Shown: positions 26,501 to 39,800 of the stretch, piece by piece | Layout: every line of letters starts with the position of its first letter | Position numbering within the stretch: position 1 is the first letter of the stretch | Assembly: GCA_965285935.1 (NCBI GenBank) | Contig: OZ260661.1 | Location: 100,378,001 to 100,442,000 of the forward strand | Direction: 5' to 3' | DNA: 64,000 nucleotides | From: Ophelia neglecta | Taxonomy: Eukaryota | Position numbers and translations under genes: made by a program | The notes under the pieces: generated by a model | What the model saw: the letters and a program-made list of their open reading frames with translations, nothing else | The model's database searches: none | What the model was told of the DNA's origin: nothing

Positions 26501-29500
26501 ACTTTCTGAGACAAAGAGAGGGAAAATTACATGTGGAAACTACTTTACATATAGAGAATTTATCTAATGCATTACTTCATAACAGGGAGAAAATATAGTA
26601 AATTTATAAAAATAAAGTCATTAGAACTGTACTCAGCTGAGATAACTCTCCAGGTTTGCAGTTTAAACTTCAACTTGAATTGAACTACAGTTAATTGTAC
26701 CTGAAATGTCGTTATCCTAGAGTGTTTGAGTTTCTCCACTGGACACAGGGCTTTTGGGTCAACTTCATAGACTGTGTCTTCCATTTTTACATGTTCAATT
26801 AATTCAACCTAAAATAGATCACAATACTTATTAAAGGGACAATATCATTCAGCTTTCTATTACTTCGATGACATGTTGTTGTAAGCTGCTTACTTCTTAT
26901 TTTTGTAGCATCAACTGATACAGAAGGAAACAGTTAAAAACCGTTTAGTTTTTACACTAGTGGCCTACACTAACCATAAAAAATTAAACAAACACTGAAA
27001 CAGGAAAGCTTTAACACTGAAGCACTGTCATTGATATTAAAAACAAAACATCATCTTACAGGTCTGAAATCGTTGGAATATACTTCTGCAGATAAAAACT
27101 TCTGCAAATCACTTATGTTGTTCAAAGTGGCACTCATTCCTATAATCTCTGTAGAACCTGGAAAGGAAAATCATCCAAATGAATATCACACAGTACTGAT
27201 GAGAAACTTTATACAGTGTGTATATTCAAAATGATTGCATACATGTATGCAAGATATCTTTAAAACCGAATAAGTTTAGGGTTTATGCCCTCACAAATTC
27301 ACTATACAGAACCTAAAAATATGACTATTCAGTGTCATCATTGGAAAGGGTAACAGATACAGTTGAAGCCAGTATTGACAGCTTTATGATACTGTTAAAC
27401 AGAAAATGTAGACAACTTACTACTTGAATGCATTACTTTGGTTAGAGTCATTTCTAAACATGCTCCACGACTTCCTCCCTCACCAAGCATGTGAAGCTGC
27501 AAGCACAGCCAAAATGTGGTTCTCCAGTATAAATAGTGACACTTTATTATCAGTACAATGCACTAGCTGTTTGCAAAATGGGCAAAAATTCAGCATTCAA
27601 GGGATGCAAAATAATTCAACATTTGAGGATATTTGGGAGGGGTCAGATATGAGGGGGGAGGGATCAGAATTCCCTCCCCCCCTTCACCTTTATTCAAATG
27701 GACTAGCCCTAAACTTTTCTGATTAATCAAATCTAAAGGGACCAAGAAATACATATATTCTTACCTCATCAACCACAACCAGTCCTATCTCTTCCAATCT
27801 GCCAGTTTCAATCAGACTATTGACTAACGAATTAGCTTTTTCAATGGTACAGATATACAGGGACTTCCTCTTTCTCCTCTTCCGGGGAGGAAACTGGCCT
27901 TTGCTGGCAGCATATTCCTCAACTAAGAAGTCTAGATCCAACGCAAATGCACTTATTCCTCTAACCTTTGGTATTAAAAGATTTAGTTAATGATTACAGC
28001 ATTTTGATAGGCATTTAACTGTAAACAAAATCCTAATTAATGGAATAAGAGTTGCAGCACTTTTTTGACACTTCTGGATTTTTACCAACCTTTTCTTGAA
28101 CAATTGACACAAATGGTAGAATTAATATTGCATCTCTCTTTTTCAGGAGGAGTTCCCTAAAAATAAGGATTTCAGCAACCAGTGTTTTTCCTCCACTGGT
28201 AGGCAATGAGTATATGAGGTTCTTCTCAGATCTAATGGCTTCCATTGAAAGACACTCCTTTTGCCAGTCTACAAAAGCAATATGATTTTGTGTTCTGTAT
28301 CCCATAGAAAGACAATTACCAAAACGAAAAGTCTGTCACAAAACAGATAGATACATACATGTATATATATTGTGATCCAAAAAAGCATTGACCAAAATCA
28401 CCATAAATGTATAATTCAAAATGTGGGATGATTTTACCAAACCCAAGCACAAACACTATTGAGATTCCCTTTCATATTTACCATAGAGATTTGTGATCCC
28501 TTTGACCTTCTCCAGTAAATCTTTAACCTTGGATGGAAGGCCAAAAAAGGGTCCAACATCATATTTAGTTCCTTCATGTTGCAATTCTGCTGCTTCCAGC
28601 ATGGCAATCTCCAGACTCTCTCGCCTCATTTCTTGAAGCTTAGTACTCTGCACAGTGGCAACTTTGGCATTTTTATGAAGCGTTTTCTTAATTTTGTCCC
28701 TGAATGAGTTTTTTGGCACTGTTGCTGCTTGTACTGATTTCAACACAGATTCTTTAACACTGATTGATGTACCTTGATCACCGAGGCGCTGAGCATGACT
28801 AGATAGGGTCACCGAGGTGTCACATTGTAAATGTTCCTTTTCAATTTTATCAATGTCAATGTTAGCAAACAAAGGGTCAGTGTCATTGAAGCTCTCATGC
28901 TGTGATAAAAAATAATCTGGTTCCTCTAACAAATTGTTTGAAAATAAATCATCACTAGATGAATATAATTCATTTGCTGTGCCATGTTGCCCTTTATGCA
29001 ATAGTTTAGCCGGGTCACATGGATTAGTTTCGCAAATAGCTCCAGCAACATCTTCCTTTGAAATCTGATCACGTTTGGGCATGAAAAGACTCTCACTGCT
29101 AGCTGAAGTATTTTGTGGACATTGTTTGGACATGAAAGAATTGTCTATCCATATCTGTTCATCTGAAAGTTGATCTGGTTTTGAGGCCACTGAAAATGGA
29201 ATGACAATATTCAGTATAACCATAAGAGTTGTTCAATTGTCAACACATTCGGTAGCTACCATACTTGGAAATATGCTCCCTCCCCTGCAAATTCTGTTTC
29301 GGTTACAATACCCCATACATGTTCACACTTTAAGGCTTTAAGTTTATGCTATATTCTATCAAATATAACATTACTGACTAAATACTAAATACCCCCTCCC
29401 CCCACCCTTCCTTAGGGACATTTATTTAAAATAGCAATGAGTTTATGGGTTTAAAACAATTAAAAACATAAAATCATGTTTAACATATCAAATAGTAAAT

Positions 29501-29651
29501 TACTTAAACCCTCCTTACCCTTGAGGTTGATTCCATTGTTTGTAGAACTTTTGAATCTTTTAGGCGTCTTCGTGCATTTTTCTAATAGTCGCTTTCTTCC
29601 ACTTGCAACTCTCCTAGTAATTTCAACACTATTTTCTAATTCAGATGCCAT
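20538..29651 (-). CDS. HELQ: HELQ (helicase POLQ-like), multi-exon
   Basis: ATG at 29651 (MASELENS); [10 protein letters not shown]; Walker [20 protein letters not shown]; DE|LH box; IIGMSATL; [22 protein letters not shown]; motif [23 protein letters not shown]; HLLYLVTP; [12 protein letters not shown]|GRARQL. Last exon 20538-20708 ([15 protein letters not shown]...*). No polymerase domain, so not POLQ. Confidence 0.96.
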
Positions 29652-30865
29652 ATTTACAATTATGAGAACCTAGAAAACACAGAAATCAATACTTGATTGC
29701 GATATTGAAACCATTAGTGCATTTTATAGGAGATATAGGAGTTGAAAAATATTAGAATTTATATATTTTTCCAAAATATCTGAAGTGACATTACTGGCAC
29801 AGTCCTTATATAAAGCAAGAAACACAAATCGATTCAAAAGAGCCTCACAGGCAAGTCAAGAGACAATAAACTTAGTATCATGTATACATATATATGTACA
29901 ATATGTATTTAGCAGGTACAAACTGGGTAGAAAGAGGAGAGATTTCTCTATGAAAAGGGTACAGAAAGGTAGTAAATGCAACAAAGATACATTAGGAAAG
30001 AATGTAACAGTAGGAATGCAATCTGGGACGATTATGTCCCAGTCAACTTGCCCTGATTTTTAGTCCCAGCTAAATCTAAGTTGGTGAGCCCAAATTCGGT
30101 TTTGCTTTCTGAGAGGGATGTTCAAGTACAAGTTTCGCAAGGCGCTCAGAATTTGTTGCATATGGTCCATCTTCAGGCTTTTAAAAAAGTTTTAAAAGTT
30201 GACGCTTCATATTGTGAGGAGTGTAAAATCTTATCCTGCAAGGGGTGGAGGTTCGTCTAATTCAAGAGTCGCTGGTTTACACCCACAATCAGATCTGAGG
30301 TGGGGAGGAGGGAGAGTTGATGGGGGAGGGGGGATGGGGGGAGGGTGGTGGTGAGTGGTGGGTGGGTGGGGGGTCGGATGGGGCTCGAAAAGAGGTATGA
30401 CTGAAGAGGTTTGGAGCTACTATTGAATAGATCAGGAGGTTTGGGATTAATAAATGACCCTTGTTGTAGTTATCCAGTTGAAAGCTAAATTAAAAGTAAT
30501 CAATTTATCCTTAACTGTATCACGAAATATGAGAAATCAAAAAATTGTTATTTCCTTACACCAGCATGATTTCAAAATTCATGTAAACACTTATAAATGA
30601 TGCGCTCTGCGAGTTGCTTTTTGAAACTGCTTAAAGTACCTGCGAGAATAAGGAAAGGGATCAGCACTTTCGGTTTTATATTGAAATGGTTGATCAGTAT
30701 TAATAACAATAGATAATAACCAATATAGGGTAATTCACATAAGGTATACTGTGAATATGTATAGTTCATTTTAATTTAGTTTTTAAATGTCAACGGATAG
30801 TATGAAACAAATCTTCAAAATTCATTATAATTCATCAATAACTAAGTTGTCCCTGGCTAACAAGT
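29652..30865. promoter_or_regulatory. HELQ 5' intron/UTR and candidate bidirectional promoter shared with the PNK-MRI-like gene
   Basis: A minus-strand acceptor at 29670-29671 just upstream of the HELQ ATG and a candidate donor at ~30639 imply a non-coding first exon ending ~225 bp from the next ATG (30866). Confidence 0.5.
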
Positions 30866-33800
30866 ATGGCGGAAAGGGGACCTGGAGGTTCCGAAGTCGT
30901 CATTTTTTATGGCCCTCCCTGCATCGTAAGTTAATGCCACAGCAAATAGTTGTTTGCTGTTGTAGGAGAAACACATTTTGACCAAAAAGAAAGTATAATG
31001 TAATAAGTGTTTGACTTTTTTCATCGTTTAACTACCTATATGGCACGTTATGAATGGGCGATATTTGGTAGAGTCGACGTTTACTACATTGCATTTGAAT
31101 GTCAGACGACTCGGCACCTGGAAAACTCGGCCCCTATTTAACTCTGCCAACTCGGCCCCAGACACAGGACGACACGGCGTCTGCCTCAGGACGACTCGGT
31201 ACCTGGAGCCTGGTCAACTCGGGACCTAGATTACCTGCATGGGCCTTACTCGAATTGATGTGTCAGAAGCTGGCACTATAAGAATATCTTTTCTGGTATA
31301 CTGAAATCGAATTAAACCACACTTTTTTAAGCTGCACCATGACCAGTCTGCAGGACGACTGTGCACCCACCCATGTTTTTCAACTTGACGTTTGACAGAC
31401 ATGTGTTGAAAATGACTCTTTTGCAATATCAGAGGCTTGCAGAATTTGTTCAACTCATTCGCTTCAACTTTATTTTATCAACCCATCAACCAAATAACGT
31501 GTTCACAAATAGTAGGTTAGGATTCCTAGTATAGATAGTTTCAGTTCATAAATATTAGGTTAAGATAGTTTCAGTTCATAAATGTTAGGTTAGGATTCCT
31601 TGTATAGATTGTTTCAGTCTGGTAATCAAGCGAGTTATGGTTCCCTGTTAGGGTAGGGTGGTATTATAAGATAATTAGAGGCAGGCACCTAGAAGTCTGC
31701 ATTTGGTCAAACTAATGGTTCAGGTTCTATAGTCCTATGGCCCATTGGTCCTACGACCCATTGGTCCTACGGCCCATTGGTCCTACGGCCCATTGGTCCT
31801 ACGGCCCATTGGTCCTACGGCCCATTGGTCCTACGGCCCATTGGACCTACGGCCCATTGGTACTACGGCCCATTGGTACTACGGCACATCCTATAGCTTT
31901 TGAAAATTGGGGAAACCGGGAGAATGTTTGCTATTTTAAAGGTCATGTAATGTTACATATCTGTGAAATCCTGTGTTAAGGACGGTAATGGTAACTTACA
32001 TGTAACTTACTGGAAGACGAATATCATGTCTTGTTTATCTGTCCCAATTATTATAACCTGCGTAATTGACTCTAGGGAATATTGGGTTGTATCGCGTTGT
32101 AGGGTTATATCGTACTTTTTTTGTCTCTCCGACCAGCCGCGCTCCTTTTGGGAAACCCCTGACAATTTCGTTACGTCTCGGTAGAATTCGATCGGGATGT
32201 GCAAATAAACGTTATTTCCGGTATGTTTGGCGCGAAACCTGGCTGTCGGAGGGCGTGATGAGTTATCTTAAAATTTGCTCCTATTTGCTGGGTAAAAACT
32301 GTAATTCCTGCCATGTGGGAGAAATCATCCATTCCATAAACAATCAAAGGCCTTGCTAATTCCTCTTTATTCAATGAAATATTTCGTTATTCGTTACAAT
32401 TTCTTAATGTGTAATATCTTATTCGAACGGCATGAGTATCAACAATGGCCGACATAGTTTGACAGAAATATTCGGGTTGTATCGCGCCGAGGGTAGCCTT
32501 GAATCGTTACGGTTGTTCAGAACGTGATATAAGGCTACCCTCATTATTGCATTGTTATTATATAGAACCGGGACAGGACGGGGGCGGGACTGATATTTGG
32601 TCCTTGCAGGGCTCTCCGCTCTACCGTAGTCCACAGCTCCACGGAAGGGAAAAGAAGAGGGGACCCCCTCTACAGCTCCAGTGACGAGAGAAGAAGGGAT
32701 CCCCTCTACTGCTCCAGTGACGAGAGAAGAAGAGGGGACCTCCTCTACAGCTCCAGTGACAGAGGGAGAAGAGAGGAACACCAAAGAGAATATGACAAAA
32801 TGTGACATTTGTTCAAAGTGGGCCTATAATGAATGCGCTGGCCTAGGCGGCAATACATCAAATTATATTTGTAATTGTGACTTTTGCCAAAATTAGATTT
32901 TGAAAGCGTTCTCATTGGGGGGGGGGGGGGGGAAATATAGAATCTAGCCTGTATAATTACTGTCGTTGGACCTTTGAATTTTTAGTTAGGGACATGAGGA
33001 AATTTACATCGGAACTTTTGACGTTGTTCCTGATATCGTTAATGTTGACATCAGCACAGCTCAGTTGGCTGTATATTCGTGACTTAACTTTTGCAATCCG
33101 GCGATTTCCAACCTTAGATATTGTCACTTTGCCAAACTTCGATAATTATTAGTTTGGCTTTTATTGCATTTTAATGTTGAATTTCGTATAATAAAATATA
33201 ATAGCGATACCGTGGGCTATAGGCCTATATGTCATTCATTTTTAAATCTTATTCTATAAGCATAGGCCTATGCCATTCTTTTTAGAATGTTAATTGCCAA
33301 TCCTAGATTATTATTTACCACTCCACTTTAATTGCCAGAAGTGAAGCTCTGAATACTGAGTTCCAGCTGCTGATACAATACCCTTTTGTTCAGGCCAACG
33401 AAACCTATAATGTCTTTAATTCTTCAACATCAGAATGCCTAAGTAGGCCTAATAATTTGAATTAAAAGAGATCTACTATGCCCGAATGGGCCCCCTGATC
33501 AATAATAATGGCCTTATATCGTAACATATTTTCGGCTTATATCATCTTTTGTGGCCTTATATTGCGGCATGATGCTAGGCTGTCTCAAAAGCGGTATTAC
33601 CCTGCCTAGCACGATAATAGACAGCGTTTTTCAGGTAGGTACAAAACGTGTTCCCGCCCTGCGCATGAGCTCCCTAGCTTGGCGGATTTTCTCAGGAAGG
33701 CTTTGAAAGTCCATGCTTCTTAATGCGAATTAGTTTAATTGTTGGTCATTATTTCGATTTAATTGGTCATTTATTACTATAATTTTGTTTTAATAATAAC

Positions 33801-36800
33801 TGGTTTTATTTATTTATTTATTATTATTATTATTATTTTTATTAATGACCATTTCTGTTTAAGTTCCTCAGCACGGTCAACAATTTTAACGCTGATTTGG
33901 TTTATTATATGGTGTACTAATCACCAGCACGCAGTTATGTTTTTTCATCATTAATCTGCAGGGTGTTATCTCACACTCAGAGACTAATTTCATCTACATT
34001 GTTCAACAGAATGTAAACATTTGTAAAACAACAGTTAGTACGTAGATCTGAATCAAAAGAGATAGGCTATAGAGCGCTGACTGTCCTCAGCAGTCATGTG
34101 TCACGTAGTTATTGAGCAATGTCGGGTTATTTTACGCAGCAGTGCGCGAAATTTCCCGACTTTACCCTATATATACCAATAGGTATAGAAGTAGGACCAA
34201 TGGGTCGTAGGACCATGGGCTGTAGGCCCAATGGGTCGTAGGACCCGGGCCCGAGATAATAGGACCAATGGGCCGTATGACTAATGGTCCGTAGGACCAA
34301 TGGGTCTTAGGACCAATGGGCTGTAGGACTATCGACCAGGCCCCAAACTAATGACCAATTTAAATTGATATCTTTTTCATAACAGTCAATGTAAGAAAGT
34401 GTTAATGAAGGGCAAACAGGAGGCTTAGAATTTGGCACTTTATTGAATAGCCATAAATCGGCAAAAATTTTAGTTGGAGTTGTGCGTCATGCCTATAGGA
34501 ATCAACATCATGCTTTACACACTGTTGTATCTAAACAATTTCCGAATGAAAGTTTCAGGTTGCCCAGGAATCTGGGCGTTATTAATGTGAAGACCTAGGT
34601 TTTGTTTGTGAGTTCAAAGGACAGTAGTGCACCGTCTTAATTGGATATAGCCAGACTAGCGCCAGACTGAACACTCCTCCTGCTGGTGACCGCTAATCTC
34701 ACATGGCGATCCCCCCCCCCCATGTTAAGTAAATGCACACCAAGGCGATGCCGCTCTATTCATTTTATTTCGATTGCTGCCTTTCTGAATCTTTTACCAA
34801 ACCTGTACAAACCTATATAATATACAAACCTAGCAAAAATAATCAGCTTTATAGCTTAATATAGCACTGAGAGTTGAATTGTATCTGCTACAATACATAT
34901 GTAAATGTCAATAGGTATATTATTACTTTGAAAGTAGGCTTGGATGTCAGCTCTAAAGTCGTCCATTTTCACATTCCTTTAATCTTCTGTGTGAGATTTA
35001 ATGCTGGACTATTGGCTTTGTTTATATACTCGTGGGCAAGGTTAATTTAAATTTGTTAAACATTCAGAAATTGGTGTCTTGGCAACAAATACCAGGTACA
35101 TATTTAGTTCTACCACAATAGTTTCCTGCTGAATATACAGACAAGCATAATTTTTGCTGTTTTATTGCTCATTTAACCCATTCAATTCATTCGTGTGCTG
35201 AGAGAATTGTTATACAAGTCTGTGGAAAATGAATTTATGAGATATATATATATATATGTTACATTTCTTTTTTGCAGGGAAAGACTCATTTCTATCATGA
35301 AAAACTCGCAGGAACGCATCGTAGAATATCTCCATGTGAATTGTGGTCAAAAGACCCCAACATTACTATAAGACAAATAATCAATAGATATGTCGTGACA
35401 GGTTTAAAAGAGGTAAGTTTTATTTGGTTATGAGGAAGTGTTCTTTGTTGTTCAGCTTGACATTTTTTATGGTCAAAATGCTTCCATTGTTCCACTGAAT
35501 GCACTGTCCATCTGGCATATGGTCATCTGAAAGTTATAGTATAAAAGCGGGCACTAAGGCAAAAGACTGGCAGGAGGTCGTCGCCAGCATCTGAAAGTTA
35601 AAGTTCAGCTCCTGGTACATTAAGGATTTTTATGCCTGATTTGTTTAACCAAATACTTAATTTGGGAAATTTAATTTGCATTGCATGCATGGAAGATATT
35701 TCCCAAACGGAGAAAAATACTTCTTTACGAAAGGCAAAATTAATTAGGGGAGAGGGCTCGAACCAGAGGGGTGGGGGTGGGGGGGGGGGGGCGGTTTGCT
35801 CTACCAATGTTTACAGGGTGGAAAGAGTGGAGTTGGGGTGGTTTTTATTTAGATTTGCCCAATGTCAAAATTATATTTGTTTCCATTATATAGGCTGGAA
35901 ATATTGTTCTTGATGACAGATTTGAATCTAGCAAGACCAGGCAATCATATCTAAGTCTCATCGGTGCAAAGGTAATTATTTATTTTGTCAAGAAACTATC
36001 CTTTTTCATTTCTATTTAAATATTATGTTACCTTATATCATTACTGTATAAATATCATGTTACCATACCCCTGCTTTCACCCATAACTTGACACATCCCC
36101 CAGTCTACTGTCTACAGTACCCGTAGTTCTCATTTCCAATAAATTGCATGCATTATAATATATATCTTGATTATCATGTCATTATATTATAAATGTTATA
36201 ATCTTCATGTATACTATACTGCTCCAAATGTACATTTAATTTAACAGTTCAAAATTTCAGGTACCTGAAGCAAGCTTTAAATGTCTCAAGTTTCAACCCC
36301 TTTATGGCCAGTGGCAGCTAAATTTAGCAAGGGAATATTCTATTGCTCATAGTGTTCTGATTGGAAAACCAAAAGCCATTCAATCTATTGATGAATGGTT
36401 TGCCATAGAAGGTACAGTATACATGATGATAGATTATATATGTTTCTTTTAAGTACTATCTTCTTTCCGACTTAATATTTGTATTGGTGACATGATAATC
36501 AACTACAGGGTTTCGCCAAAAATAAATGGTAAAAGACTTGTACATTATGGGTTCAAATTTTCATTTGTGGCTCAAGAATGGCCAAAACTAGGTCAGATCT
36601 GTAGCTACTAGCTAATGTCACAGATGATACATGTGATTGCTTGTGGTCAATGCTTGGAATGACCTGTGAGTGGGTACATATGTATTTACAAATTAATCTC
36701 TGTTTGGCACCTGGTTGGTTACTTGGTATCCGTTTAAGTGTAACCGTATATTGTAAGTGGAGTTTATCATTTTTATGAGTTTTGTTTACAATATAAGAGT

Positions 36801-39800
36801 TCTAAATGCATAATCATTAAATACAAACTAGGGAATCCTGAATCAGTATAAATATACATGATCAGTGATTCATTTAGATATTTGGAGGTATTAGGCACTT
36901 GTGAAAATTTACTAGGTCCTCTGTGTAGTTTTAAGGCCCTCATGTTGAAATTTAGTGAGCCATGGGACAGTGCAGGAGTGCATCAATGTAATCTTGAGTG
37001 CAATTCCTTTTAGAAAATTGCGAGTCAAAGGACTTGGAACAGAGGTTGAATGAATCACTGCATGATGTATATGTTGTTTTACCAGTTATTGATTTAGTCC
37101 TGAATGTGAGTTTACTTTTTAGAGCCACCATCTGAAGATGAAGGTTTTGGGATTGAAATAATTACTAGGGGTCTGAAGCTTTATTCTGCATACTTGGTAA
37201 GCTGTCTTTATTACAATACAGGCATTAGCGATTACCTGCGCTTGAAAACTAGGGACATTGTGGGCATGAAATACGCATGGGCCCATGATCATCAAGAATG
37301 ACAAAATTCTACAACAAATAGGTGTTTCATTATTTGGGTTCCTTCAAAAAGTTTCAATTATTCAATTCAGAAGGAGGTTTTGCTCATGTCATTTTCTCTA
37401 CTTCATGGTGCAAAATAAATGGCTTGGTCAATATGCATCTTTCTGGCTTACCTTCAGTGGGTAGAATTAAGGAAAATATAATTACCTGATCGGAAACAAT
37501 TTTATCAAATTCAAACGAATGTTTCTTATTATATGGCCTTTGAGCTAATGTGGAGATTCATTGCCCATCCTTCCCTCTCTTTATATATCCATCATAGTCT
37601 ATATTATGCACCTTTAGCCATATAGGTTCACTGTTTCCCATCTAAATTACTTATTTGTTACTGGTGACGACCTCCAGCCAGTCTATTGCCTTAGTGCCCA
37701 TCTTATTACTACTACTTATTTGTTATGATTAGGAACTATGGCCTGGCAACAGACCTGTCATAGAATCTTAACCTCTTGATCAATAAAGCAAACCAGCTGA
37801 AGCCTGAATGATCAGTTCAAGTTTTACCCTCCAACCTTGGTTATGACTTTTGGCCAGGTCCGCTTGGGGTTTTTAATCTCGCTGTATATTTAGGCAGATA
37901 TCCTAGGGAAATATATCGTTTATATTTGAGGTCAGATAAAATATTGTTTATTGACCATTTTTATGAGGGCAGACAATTTTTCAATTTTTAAGTAGACTAA
38001 AGAAATGCTCAATGCATAGTTATTGGTAAATACATGATCTATTAATATTAGCAAGATCAGTAAGATGTTTATGGCTTCGTCCCTCATACCTATGTACCTG
38101 TGCTTCCAAAGGCTTGGACTTTATTCAGGTCCACAAAAATGTGCCCCTTTAGCGGCTTTGACCTGAATACAGCTCCAGCAAGTGCCCTACATAGGGAACA
38201 TTCAAATGTCCACCAATAAATAAATGTTAGTAATTATGTACCTGACTCTGACTAGTCAAGCAAGTGATCCTCAAGTCGATTATAGGCTTTCTACTGGAAT
38301 ATTACTTGTTTCTTTTCATTGAGTTGGTTAAAAACTGTGTTTAGTGGAATGCAGGCTAATTTGTTAAAACTATAGGGGCATGGAAGACTTAGCAAATAAG
38401 CCTGCCATTAAGGGCTACTAGCTAACTAGGAAGGGGCTGGTGAGCGGGTTAATTAAGTCAATGAGAGAGCTTTAAAGATTAAATTGTTGGAGGAACTTGC
38501 ATTATTAATGCATTTTTTTTTTCAGTTGGAAAACCCTGCTCTCATTATCCAGTGGGAAGGCATGGTCAAATATTCTGATGGTACAGCTGACATAGTATCT
38601 GGAGTACACAAGACAATTTCTACATGGTATTCTGCTAACCCGTGTGGCCGAGTCATTATTGTACTTGACCCATCGTCCACCTCAGGAGGTTCGTTTCAAT
38701 TCAATTTGTAGTCAGATCTGTTGAATAATAATTAAATTTATTCCTTGTAATTTGTGTCTCTCAAAGTTTGATACCAACTGTTAAAACATTTTACTATTAA
38801 CAGTAAACTGAAAGTTTCCTTTCAGTAATGCTTTTTAGTGGATTCAAGCAAATTAAATCCCTTGAAACCGTTTGCACAAATTGTGCTTGTGTGTCATGCA
38901 AATTTCCATAAGAAAAGTGTTTGTATATATATTTTTTAATGGCAATTTTAGTCACTGGAGCTGAAAGAGAGGCACAAATGAAGTACATTTTGTTTGAATT
39001 AGTCAAAGAGGTATGTGACATCACCTGATATTTGTACGTCTCTTTTACCTGCCCGTTTGTGCATAGGGTTTCACCTTTGAAACTTGGGGCATAAGAAAAG
39101 TTTGAAACCATGCAAGTGAATAAATAATAAGGCTATCCCATATTAGGTGTCGGACTGCCCAGTATTTGCTGTAGCAATTGAGGAGGCTGGAGAAAAGTTC
39201 AGCAGGCCTCCCAATCCAGGTGTCTTGGCTTTCCTGGAAACTCTGCATTGTCTTGACTTTCGCTTTATGGTTGGTTTATTTTTTGTTATTAAACATTAAA
39301 ACATGTTTGGCATTTTCTTAACCCCTTCACATCACACATAGGATTAACTTATAGACTGGTAGCTCTACCTGAGACTGTACAAATGGCCGCCATGGACATT
39401 TCATGCATGAGTAATATGATTCTCATTCAAACTCTTCCAGGGCTCATTGATGTTATACCACAGCCCGCCTTTCATGAAAATGGCAGAACAAATGGGACTT
39501 AGGTACATGAAAGCTGGCAAAGCATTTGCAAATCCAAACTTGGTTAGTCCATTGTGTTATTGAGAGAGGATTTTGATATAATCTTTTTAAATTTTATGAA
39601 TCTAATAAAGCACTTTACTACCCGATAGTAATTTACATGTAGCTGTTTGACTTTTTGTTTGTTTTTGTGTAGATACTGATATCTCATGCTCACACAGTGC
39701 CTCTAGTTCCCGAGGTTCACAAAACCATGGAAATTTTGTCAGATTCGCTGTCTGCTGAGTATCAGCCATTAGTACCTTTAGTACATATGGCCAAGGCAAA

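Noticed and set aside
20538-29651. POLQ assignment
   Set aside because: The frame stops at 20538 with a HELQ-type tail, and no family-A polymerase exons follow.
31737-31979. ORF with AHWSYGPLVLRPIGPT repeats
   Set aside because: Translation of the 17-bp subterminal array of a transposon.
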